From the NCBI GenBank assembly GCA_963735595.1, contig CAVTLK010000001.1, positions 576,001 to 640,000 on the forward strand: DNA of 64,000 bases, given 5' to 3'. Both the position numbers and the translations under genes were made by a program. The stretch comes from an uncultured delta proteobacterium (GTDB lineage: Bacteria; Desulfobacterota; Zymogenia; Zymogenales; Zymogenaceae). Shown here in pieces: positions 20,272 through 29,058 of the stretch. The notes beneath the pieces were generated by a model that searched no databases, was not told the DNA's origin, and worked only from the letters and a program-made list of their open reading frames with translations. The first letter of the stretch is position 1, and each line of letters starts with the position of its first letter.

Positions 20272-21013
20272 CTACCATACCGCCCGGGTATTGTCAAGGC
20301 AAATGGGATACTGCACCGGCGCCTGCACCCGGTTATAATCGGCAACCGTCATTTGCTCATAACCATATGGAGCGCCGCCATCGTCGGGGGTATCAGCGGG
20401 AAATCCGCCCGATCGGTTTCGTTCGAGTGCCGCTGTCCGGCGTCGACCCAGAGCCACTGTTCGACCTCGGGACGTATTCCATCGCCCGCCTCCTGTCCCT
20501 CGGGCATCTCGGTGAGAAAGAAGACGGTGTAAAACCGCATCGGAGCAAACGCCGGCGTGGTAAAGAGCTGCAGGAACTCCAGCCGGTGTCCTGCAAAAGA
20601 ACAGGTTACGCGCGACCACCTCGTCGATGAATGGGATGTCTCCCCGGTAATCGACCGGCTAATCTCCCGGTAGGACTCGCCCGAGACTATCCTCCCTGCC
20701 TCATCGCACAGGAGCAGCACACCCGATTCCTCGAACAGCTCGCGCACGGCCGCCGTGTAGAATCCGAGGGGGTCGTGTCCGTCCCGGTCGAGTCTTTTCG
20801 AGGTCATCCGGACGCGCGCCCAGGATCCTGTCGGTCGCCCGGGATTCGTAGGTCGGCGGCATCAACCCTGCCGCCGGGAAAAACATAGTACCCGCCCAAG
20901 AAACGCCATGGATCGCGGCCTTCGGGTGAGGAAGACTTCCTGCGTCCCCCGGTTCGCCGCACAGCGACCACCGTGGCGGCAGGTTTCGGCGTTACCGGTG
21001 GATCAGGAGCCAT
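20272..21013 (-). pseudogene. NUDIX hydrolase broken by several frameshifts (probably assembly error)
   Basis: Fragments PKPAATVV, FLGGYYVFPGGRVDAAD, AAVRELFEESGVLL, TTP...MRFYTVFF in different frames. Confidence 0.72.
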
Positions 21014-21968
21014 TGATACTCCTTGATGTGGTCGATAAATTCCCCGATGATCTCGTGGCTTTTCCGTCTGTATGGAACCCGAAGGTGAGGATATAGCGAA
21101 TCTCGGGGTCGTCCCTGATCTGAAAGAGGTCCATCAGGCCGCCCCCCTCCCACGAAATGCCCCCTCGACGCAGCGCCCGCTTGAGGTGCTCGAAACAGAT
21201 CGTTACCTCATGGTGGGAAAAGAGGATGATCTTCTTCGGCCAGCGGTCGGTCCGGGTGTCGCGCAGGAGCCCGGTCATCGGCTCCGGACAGCGACCAGTC
21301 CGACGAGTGTTCGATGACAAACAGTCGATCGGTCTTGCCATCGCCATCCTCGATGAATCGACCGCGCCCGTGTTGAGGTGGATGGTATCGGGGGCCTCCG
21401 CGGATCGATGTCGAGCGTTCGGATGAAGTCGCGGGCCTGTTCGAGTAGGGAATCCTGTCGTCCGATCCGTTTGGCTCGCTCGGGCCCGGATGCCGCCCGG
21501 TAGCGCCGGTGAGGCGCCTCTTCGGTATATCGACCAGCGCCGGGAAGTCGCCCATGTTTTCGTTGGATATGATCAGGTCAAACCGGTCGGACCGCCCCAA
21601 GAAGTCGAATACGTCGGCCTCGATAACTGCGGCCCGGTCTCCAAAGCCGGCGAGCGTCTGCCGCTGGCGCCCGCAGAAGACCGGGCTGATATCCACCATT
21701 GTCATCGTTATGGCGGGAAACCGGCCGAGAAGGTATCGGGCGAGATTGCCGTATCCTCCTCCCACCTCCAGGATCCGAAAACCGTCCCGTATCATCCCCC
21801 GGCCTTCCAGGAAGTCGCCGATGACGTCGCCGTAGGCCCTCCGGACCTCAAGCGCCTCCGTGTAGGGAGACGCCGGGTCTCTCAGGCTCTCGCTGATTGT
21901 CTGCTCCCAGCCGAGGCTCGCCCGATCGGACCGGTGGTAGGGCTCGTGTCGTTTTCGGAGATGGTCAT
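21003..21968 (-). pseudogene. Class I SAM-dependent methyltransferase broken by frameshifts (probably assembly error)
   Basis: ILEVGGGYG, MVDISP, FDLIISNENMGDF; ATG at 21968 overlaps the probable ltaE stop. Confidence 0.72.
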
Positions 21969-23000
21969 CGGCCCTTCTGAAACACCTCCCGAACAGGCCC
22001 CGATCGCCGTCTCGATATCGTCTGAGGACACCTCGAGATTGGCGACACACCTGACCTTCGTCGGGCCGAAGGGAAACATCATCACCCCGCGTTTGCCCAT
22101 CTCGATGACGACATCGACCGGAGTCATCCGCGCGGGATCGACTTCAAATATAACGATATTGGTATCCACCTCTTCAGGATTTACGATAACGTCGGGAAGC
22201 CTGGAAAGCGCCTCCGCAAGCTTCCTGGCATTGGCGTGATCCTCGGCCAAGCGGCCGATGTGGTGGTCTATCGCATACAGGGCGGCGGCGGCGGCAATAC
22301 CAACCTGACGCTGCCCTCCGCCCACCATCTTCCGGTAGCGGTGAACCCGCTCGATAACGGCCCCGTCCCCGGCGATCATCGAGCCCATCGGGGCCCCCAG
22401 CCCCTTTGAGAAACAGATCGTAACGGTATCGAAGTGCTGCGTATATTGCGCGGCGGCGATCCCCGAGGCGACCGCGGCGTTGAGGAGCCGGGCCCCGTCC
22501 ATGTGCATGGATATCCCCCGCTCGGCGCAGAGCTCCCTGATACGCGCAATCTCGTCTATCGGGATGATGGCCCCCCCGGCGCGGTTATGGGTGTTCTCGA
22601 TGACGACGACCGAACTCCTCGGCTGGTGTACGTCGGGCGGCCGGATCGCCGCCTCCACCTGCTGGCGCGTGATGAGCCCCCGCCTGCCCTCGATGGGCCT
22701 GAGCTGCACGCCGGAAAAGACCGCCGACCCGGCGGCCTCGTAGATAAAGACGTGGCTTTCCGCCTCGAGGATAACCTCCTCCCCCGGCTGGGTAAGCGCC
22801 TTGATGGAAAGGAGGTTTCCCATCGTGCCGGAGGCGACCCAGAGGGCCCGCTCCTTGCCGAGGAGCGCGGCCACGCGTTCCTGAAGCCGGTTGACCGTTG
22901 GGTCTTCGTAGAATACGTCGTCCCCGACCTCTGCCTCGAAGATGGCCCGGCGCATCGGTTCGGTGGGTTTGGTAATGGTATCGCTTCTTAGATCGATCAT
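21965..23000 (-). CDS. ltaE: Low-specificity L-threonine aldolase (C-terminal indel; ORF track runs to 21882)
   Basis: IDLRSDT, VGDDV..EDPT, SGTMGN, ENTHN, HMDGAR, FSKGLGAP. Confidence 0.92.
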
Positions 23001-23026
23001 TGAGCGGCCTTTCATGGTATGGTGAG

Positions 23027-24247
23027 TTATGCTCTACTCCCGAGAGCCCGATCGAGCTCCCGCAGGAATGACTCGCTGTCGGTGACAATGCCGAGGGCCT
23101 GAAACGAGCCGCGGTCCGAGAGCTTCGTGGCGGCCGCAGGGTTTATGTCAACGGCTACCGTCCTGACGTACGCCGGCAGCAGGTTCCCGGTGGCCACCGA
23201 GTGGAGGGTAGAGGCCACCATGATCACCAGGCCGACGCCCCGCGACAGCCTCCTCATCTCGGCCTGCGCCTCCTGGGTGTCGGTGATCACCTCCGGCAGC
23301 GGCCCGTCGTCCCTGATGGAGCCCGCCAGCACGAAGGGGATGTCTTTCATGACCAAGCTATACATGACACCCGAAGTAAGGACTCCCTGCCGGACCGCGT
23401 TCCGTATCCCCCCGAGCCGGCGGATCGTATTGATGGCCCTCAGGTGATGTTCGTGTCCGCCGGCCGCCGGCATTCCCCGATCGAGATAGAACCCCAGGGA
23501 CGTGCCGAACAGGGCATACTCGATATCGTGGACGGCCAACGCGTTGCCGGCAAACAGGACGTCAACATACCCGGTCTCGATAATCCGGGAAAGATAGACG
23601 CCCGCCCCCGTGTGAATGACGGCGGGTCCGGCCACCACGAGGATCTTTTTTTTCGCCTCCTTGGCGGCCCTCATCTCGGCGGCTATCTTCTTAATCAGCT
23701 CGCCCTTCGGTTTCTCCGACGAGACCCCCGATCCCATGAACTCGAAGATCTCCCGTTCCCGTGACCGTTCGAGCGGGACGACCCTGATGCCGTCGTGCCC
23801 CACGACAAATGCGTCTCCCTTTTTCACCTCCCCGATAGGCACTGTCTCGGCATTGCCCTTTTTGGGATCAATCCTTATTCCGCAATCCATTTCCGGGTTG
23901 GCCACTTCACGCCAGAGACCTCCGATAAACACGCGGGTTTCCAGGTTTGTCGTCGAATAGAAACCTTCCGGAAAAACGCCGTCCATAGACGCATTCTCCC
24001 ATTTTACCTCGCGGTCATGGGCGACCAGCGCCCCCATGCCCTGGACCGTTTCCAGGATATCAATAAGGGAAGCGTCGGTATCGGCGAAGACCCGTATCCG
24101 GGCGTAGCTCGTCTCGGTCTTCTGCTTTCCCATTCGGAACTCTTCGACATCGAAGTTCCCTCCCCGTTCCATGATCTCGGTAAGCACGCGGGGAAGGATG
24201 AGAGAGTCGATGATGTGTCCCGATAGCTCGATCAATTCCTCGGGCAT
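23027..24247 (-). CDS. TIGR00300 family protein (LOR/SDH-region; AgrE-type ornithine cyclodeaminase-like)
   Basis: GHIIDS, FYSTTN, EMDC, FEFMGSGVSSEKP, GNALAVHDIE, AGSIRDDGPLP, KLSDRGS. Confidence 0.9.
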   Translation of the reverse strand: MPEELIELSGHIIDSLILPRVLTEIMERGGNFDVEEFRMGKQKTETSYARIRVFADTDASLIDILETVQGMGALVAHDREVKWENASMDGVFPEGFYSTTNLETRVFIGGLWREVANPEMDCGIRIDPKKGNAETVPIGEVKKGDAFVVGHDGIRVVPLERSREREIFEFMGSGVSSEKPKGELIKKIAAEMRAAKEAKKKILVVAGPAVIHTGAGVYLSRIIETGYVDVLFAGNALAVHDIEYALFGTSLGFYLDRGMPAAGGHEHHLRAINTIRRLGGIRNAVRQGVLTSGVMYSLVMKDIPFVLAGSIRDDGPLPEVITDTQEAQAEMRRLSRGVGLVIMVASTLHSVATGNLLPAYVRTVAVDINPAAATKLSDRGSFQALGIVTDSESFLRELDRALGSRA

Positions 24248-24379
24248 ACGATGGTTTCCTTGATTACGGTGTAGCTATTTATATCAAAAAAAGGGCATTC
24301 CGGCAACTCCATATTGACAGTTGCGGCAAATTTTGGTAAGAATCATTCATCAGATTATCAATGAAGATTGGAAGACTCC

Positions 24380-25420
24380 ATGGGTATTACCTATAAAGAC
24401 GCCGGCGTCGATATCAACAGGGGCAACCTTTTCGTCAGCATGATCAGGCAGGCGGTCGAGTCGACCCGGACGAAAGGAGTTATCGGGGGTATCGGCGGGT
24501 TCGGCGGTTTCTTTCGCCCGAATATTACCGGCATGAAGGAGCCGGTTATCGTCTCATCTACCGACGGCGTCGGAACAAAACTCGCCGTTGCCCAGATGAT
24601 GGGTATTCACGATACCATCGGGATCGACCTGGTGGCCATGTCGGTCAACGATATAGTCGTGACCGGGGCCCTTCCCCTCTTCTTCCTGGACTATATCGCC
24701 ACCGGAAAGCTCGAAGAGGGGGTGCTCGTCTCCGTCGTCTCCGGTATTGCCGCCGGTTGCCGGGACGCCGGCTGCGCGCTGATCGGCGGAGAGACCGCCG
24801 AGATGCCGGGATTTTACCCCGAAGGTAAGTACGATCTGGCGGGATTTGCCGTGGGCATGGTAGACCGGCGCTCCATCATCGACGGGAGCGCTATCAAGAA
24901 GGGGGACGTTATCGTCGGCATCCCTTCTTCGGGGCTGCACAGCAACGGTTACTCCCTGGCCCGCAGGATTGTCTTTGACACGCTTAAGCTCAAACCCGGC
25001 GATACCGTCCAGGGGCTTGAGAAAACCATCGGCGAGGAGCTCCTGGTTCCGACCAGGATCTACGTCCGGGCGATCCGCGCGCTGGTCGGGAACGTCACGA
25101 TAACGGCGCTGGCCCACATTACCGGCGGAGGCCTCATCGACAATATCGAGCGGCTGCTGCCCGAGGGGCTCTCTGCCGTTATCGACCGCAGATCCTGGGA
25201 GGTCCCGCCGATCTTTGCATTTCTTCAACGGGCCGGCTCCGTCGACTCCATCGAGATGCTGCGGACCTTCAACAACGGCATCGGGATGGCGGTCATAGTG
25301 CGGGAACGGACCGCCGATCGGGCCTTGAAGATACTCAGGACGATGGGCGAGGACGCTACCGTCATCGGCCGGATCGAGAAGCGGCAGGAAGCCGCACCGG
25401 CCGTATCGTTCGTACCATAA
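24380..25420 (+). CDS. purM: AIR synthetase
   Basis: TYKDAGVD, DGVGTK, GGETAEMPG, SGLHSNGYS, HITGGG. Confidence 0.97.
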   Translation: MGITYKDAGVDINRGNLFVSMIRQAVESTRTKGVIGGIGGFGGFFRPNITGMKEPVIVSSTDGVGTKLAVAQMMGIHDTIGIDLVAMSVNDIVVTGALPLFFLDYIATGKLEEGVLVSVVSGIAAGCRDAGCALIGGETAEMPGFYPEGKYDLAGFAVGMVDRRSIIDGSAIKKGDVIVGIPSSGLHSNGYSLARRIVFDTLKLKPGDTVQGLEKTIGEELLVPTRIYVRAIRALVGNVTITALAHITGGGLIDNIERLLPEGLSAVIDRRSWEVPPIFAFLQRAGSVDSIEMLRTFNNGIGMAVIVRERTADRALKILRTMGEDATVIGRIEKRQEAAPAVSFVP

Positions 25421-25438
25421 TGATCCGGGGAAGATGTC

Positions 25439-26098
25439 ATGTATTCTATCGCCGTTTTCATCTCGGGCAGCGGCTCCAATCTCCAATCGATCATCGACGC
25501 CATCCATGACCGCCGGGTGTCGGCCCGGATCGCTGTCGTCCTCTCCAACGAACCGGACGCCTACGGCCTTGTCCGGGCGCAGCAGCACGGCATACCCACC
25601 GCCGTCGTCAACCACCGGGACTACGCGAACCGTCAGGAGTTTGAAGAGGCCGTCCTTTCGGTGCTCGGGGATTTCCCGGTCGATCTCATCTGCCTCGCCG
25701 GTTTCATGCGGCTGTTGACCCCCGGGTTCCTGAGACGATTCCCCCATCGGGTAATCAATATCCACCCCGCACTCCTGCCGTCGTTCCCCGGCACGCATGG
25801 GCAACGCGACGCCTATAATTACGGGGTGAGGTTCTCCGGCTGTACGATCCACTTCGTGGACGACGGCGTTGATACCGGACCCATCATCATGCAGGCCGTT
25901 GTTCCGGTGCTGCCCGACGACGATGAAGAAAAGCTCAAGGCCAGGATTCTGGCGCAGGAACATAAAATCTATCCTCAGGTGATTCAGTTTTTCGCCGAAG
26001 GCCGCGTAACGGTCGCCGGCAAAAAGGTCGTCATCGCCGGAGCCAAGATCGATACCAAGCTCGCGTATACCAACCCGCCACTTGAGATATTTACATGA
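25439..26098 (+). CDS. purN: GAR transformylase
   Basis: SGSGSNLQ, LAGFMR, NIHPALLP, HFVDDGVDTGPII. Confidence 0.97.
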   Translation: MYSIAVFISGSGSNLQSIIDAIHDRRVSARIAVVLSNEPDAYGLVRAQQHGIPTAVVNHRDYANRQEFEEAVLSVLGDFPVDLICLAGFMRLLTPGFLRRFPHRVINIHPALLPSFPGTHGQRDAYNYGVRFSGCTIHFVDDGVDTGPIIMQAVVPVLPDDDEEKLKARILAQEHKIYPQVIQFFAEGRVTVAGKKVVIAGAKIDTKLAYTNPPLEIFT

Positions 26099-26538
26099 TC
26101 TACCTGGTCAGCGCCTGTCTTGTCGGGATCAATTGCCGCTACGATGGGGCCAGTTCTTATTCGGCGAGGGTAGCGTCGTTCCTTGAGAACCGGCAGTTCC
26201 TGCCGGTATGTCCCGAGATCCTCGCCGGCCTGGGGGTTCCGCGCCCTCCCTGCCGCTTTTCCGGTGGGGACGGGCAGGCATTGCTTGCCGGCTCAGCCCG
26301 GATCATGGACGAAAACGGAAATGACCTGACCGAATCGTACCTGATTGGCGCAAACAAGGCGCTGGCGTTTGTGCGGGAGAGGGGGATTGAGTACGCACTC
26401 CTCAACGAACGCAGCCCCTCCTGCGGGGTGCACGAGGTCTACATCGGCCGCGACAAGTCCCCGGGGATGGGCGTAATGACGGCCCTGCTCGTGAGAGAAG
26501 GGATCCGGGTGATGTCCGATGAGCGGCCTTTCATATAG
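26095..26538 (+). CDS. DUF523 (2-thiouracil desulfurase family) protein
   Basis: LVSACLVGINCRYDG, VCPE, RSPSCG. Confidence 0.9.
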   Translation: MIYLVSACLVGINCRYDGASSYSARVASFLENRQFLPVCPEILAGLGVPRPPCRFSGGDGQALLAGSARIMDENGNDLTESYLIGANKALAFVRERGIEYALLNERSPSCGVHEVYIGRDKSPGMGVMTALLVREGIRVMSDERPFI

Positions 26539-26660
26539 CGCGCGGTCTGCTATCGCCGCCGGCCGCACGCGACATTACCGTGGATTTATGTCTTCCTTTG
26601 TGATACCGTTTCCTTTACATACAGCCATTATCAATCTCACACCCTAACGGGGGACCTATC

Positions 26661-27584
26661 ATGAAAGCAAAGACGTTTACGATCAAGGGCAAGGGCGGGG
26701 CGAAGGTCTTCGTCTACTCCTGGCTTCCGGATTCAAAGCCGTTGGCCGCCGTCCAGATAGCTCACGGCATGGCCGAACACGCGGCCCGCTACGAGAGGTT
26801 TGCGGAGGCTCTGACGAAGTCGGGATTCGCCGTTTACGCCAACGATCAGCGTGGACACGGTAAGACCGCAGGCCCGCTGGAAAAGGTCGGCTGGGTCGCC
26901 GAAAACGACGGCTGGGACCTCATCGTTGACGATCTCCACCAACTTTCCGATACCATCCGCAAGGAACATCCCGGAGTCCCTCTCTTCCTCTTCGGGCACA
27001 GCATGGGCTCGTTTCTGTCCCGCAACTACATCTCCCGCTGGGGCGGCGACCTCCAAGGGGTCGTCCTGTCCGGTACGGGCGGAAACCCCGGCCTGCTGGG
27101 GAAGGTCGGAGCTCTCGTAGCGGGGTTAGAAAAGAAAATCAAGGGCGGTAAGGCCAAGAGCCCGCTCTTGACGTCGCTTTCGTTCGGCGCGTTCAATAAA
27201 CCATTCAAGCCCAACCGTACGGAATTCGACTGGCTCTCCCGTGATAACGCCGAGGTGGACAAATACGTCGCCGACCCCTATTGCGGCGGTGTCTTTTCTA
27301 CCGGTTTCTGGGTCGATTTCCTCAAGGGGCTGGCGGTCCTCTATCGGTCTGACTACTTCCCCAAAGTCCCCAAAAGCCTTCCCGTATACCTCTTTTCGGG
27401 GGAGAAGGACCCGGTGGGAAACAACACCAAGGGCGTGAAAGAGGTATACGACTCGTATAAGAAAGCGGGATTTACCGACGTGAGCATGAAGATCTATCCC
27501 AACGGACGCCATGAGATGCTCAACGAGACCAACCGCGCCGAGGTCTTTAAGGACGTAATCGATTGGCTCAAGAAACATATGTAA
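26661..27584 (+). CDS. Alpha/beta hydrolase (lysophospholipase-like)
   Basis: HGMAEH, DQRGHG, GHSMG, GEKDPV, RHEMLNE. Confidence 0.93.
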   Translation: MKAKTFTIKGKGGAKVFVYSWLPDSKPLAAVQIAHGMAEHAARYERFAEALTKSGFAVYANDQRGHGKTAGPLEKVGWVAENDGWDLIVDDLHQLSDTIRKEHPGVPLFLFGHSMGSFLSRNYISRWGGDLQGVVLSGTGGNPGLLGKVGALVAGLEKKIKGGKAKSPLLTSLSFGAFNKPFKPNRTEFDWLSRDNAEVDKYVADPYCGGVFSTGFWVDFLKGLAVLYRSDYFPKVPKSLPVYLFSGEKDPVGNNTKGVKEVYDSYKKAGFTDVSMKIYPNGRHEMLNETNRAEVFKDVIDWLKKHM

Positions 27585-27680
27585 TAGGCGATTGATCGCG
27601 AGGCGTGTCGCGCCGCGGCTGCCGGGGCACCGTTCATAGAAATGCACATGACCAGACTCCCGATATAAGAGGAGTTAACA

Positions 27681-27896
27681 ATGACCGACAAGATCATTAT
27701 TTACGGCAAGGGCGGCTGACCCTACACCGATAAGGCCAGGGCGGCCTACGGCGATCGCGCCACCTATTACGACGTTGACCGGGACTCGGAGCGGCTGGAC
27801 GAGATGCTCGTTTATTCAAAGGGTAAACGCAGCGTCCCGGTAATCGTGGAGGGGGGAAACGTCACCGTCGGATACGGCGGCACCTGAGGGGTATGA
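27681..27896 (+). CDS. Glutaredoxin-like Uxx-star selenoprotein, 71 aa, two predicted Sec residues (U13, U69); not in ORF track
   Basis: AGAGGAG SD; MTDKIIIYGKGG-U-PYT...YYDV...KRSVPVIVEGGNVTVGYGGT-U-GV*; in-frame TGA at 27717 and 27885. Confidence 0.88.
27727..27751 (+). promoter_or_regulatory. Putative bacterial SECIS element 1
   Basis: AGGCC-AGGGC-GGCCT hairpin (plus outer CCG/CGG), loop 18 nt after UGA 27717, G second in loop. Confidence 0.65.
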
Positions 27897-27897
27897 C

Positions 27898-27916
27898 GGC
27901 GCGCCGTGAGCGCGCC
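27898..27916 (+). promoter_or_regulatory. Putative bacterial SECIS element 2 (in the 3' UTR)
   Basis: GGCGCGC-CGTGA-GCGCGCC hairpin, loop 17 nt after UGA 27885, G second in loop, no U-tract. Confidence 0.68.
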
Positions 27917-28094
27917 TAATAAGGTACTGACAAATTAACCGTTCTATCGGCCGAGGGCGCCGGTTTCCCTCGATCTACTCGGTATAACCCGATCGTCCGG
28001 TCCCGTTAATCGGAATCCCCTGCCCGGGTATTGGCGGAGGTAAATGCCGCGGGGGACTGGGCACCACCGATACCGCGGGCCTTCAGCGCCCGCA

Positions 28095-28457
28095 TCAGTT
28101 CGCCTCAAACGCGTTCCGGATCACCCGGATGCGGGGCAGCATCCCGGACAGGTCTACGGTTACCACGTCAAATCGGCAGGCCGTGTCGTCTCCTCCGCCC
28201 CGTTGTGTCAAATACATGAGCGCCGTTCGCGCGATCTTCTGCCGTTTCTTCTCGTCAACGGCCTCCTCGGGCGGGCCGTAGTCTTTCGATCGTTTCGTCT
28301 TGACCTCAACGAATACCAGATCGTCTCCGTGTCCGGCCACGATATCGATCTCCCCGTACCGGGTGCGGTAGTTTGTCTCGATAATCCGATACCCGGAAAG
28401 GATAAGCCTCCATCGGGCAATCCGCTCCCCGAGCCTTCCCTCAGTATCACGCTTCAT
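28095..28457 (-). CDS. yraN: YraN (UPF0102) family protein
   Basis: GRLGE, NYRTRYGEIDIV, LVFVEVK, RFDVV, NAF. Confidence 0.95.
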   Translation of the reverse strand: MKRDTEGRLGERIARWRLILSGYRIIETNYRTRYGEIDIVAGHGDDLVFVEVKTKRSKDYGPPEEAVDEKKRQKIARTALMYLTQRGGGDDTACRFDVVTVDLSGMLPRIRVIRNAFEAN

Positions 28458-29055
28458 GGATCAATTCCTTCACGCCGGAAAAGGTTTTCCGATGGATGGG
28501 ACACGGGCCGTATCGGCGCAGGGCCCTCAGATGTTCCGCGGTCCCGTATCCCTTGTTTCGGGCAAAATTATATTGGGGATAGGAGGCATGAAAGACTTCC
28601 ATGATCCGGTCCCTCGTGACCTTGGCGATGATAGACGCCGCCGCGATGTGTGCGGATTTCCGATCCCCCCCCACAATGGCCCGGCACGGGACAGGCCCAC
28701 ACAGCCCGTATCTCCCGTCAACCAGTACGAGATCGCAGGCAATATCGAGACCCTGAACCGACTCTTCCATGGCCGCCAGAGACGCCCGTAGGATATTAAT
28801 CCGATCGATTACGTCGTGATCGACGACGGCCACCCGCCAACCGGCGGCGCGCTCAACGATCATGCAATACAGCGCTTCTCTTTTTCGGGGGGTGAGTTCC
28901 TTGGAATCCCTGACCCCCTCGATCCGCAGATCCGGGCCAAGCACCACTGCCGCCGCCACGACAGGCCCGGCCAGCGGGCCTCTCCCTGCCTCATCGACGC
29001 CGCAGACAAGCTCTACGCCGTCAGCGTAAAACTGGTGGTCGTATTGAAACAGCAT
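28447..29055 (-). CDS. rnhB: Ribonuclease HII
   Basis: GVDEAGRGPLAGPV, DSK, IAAASIIAKVTRD, NKGYGT. Confidence 0.97.
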   Translation of the reverse strand: MLFQYDHQFYADGVELVCGVDEAGRGPLAGPVVAAAVVLGPDLRIEGVRDSKELTPRKREALYCMIVERAAGWRVAVVDHDVIDRINILRASLAAMEESVQGLDIACDLVLVDGRYGLCGPVPCRAIVGGDRKSAHIAAASIIAKVTRDRIMEVFHASYPQYNFARNKGYGTAEHLRALRRYGPCPIHRKTFSGVKELIHEA

Positions 29056-29058
29056 GGG

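Noticed and set aside
27894..27938. Third Sec by readthrough of TGA 27894
   Set aside because: Too close (8 nt) to the SECIS loop, and the Uxx* ending fits a true stop.
28044..28604. Antisense ORF preceded by GGAGGT
   Set aside because: The SD-ATG spacing is only 2 nt and the ORF shadows yraN/rnhB.
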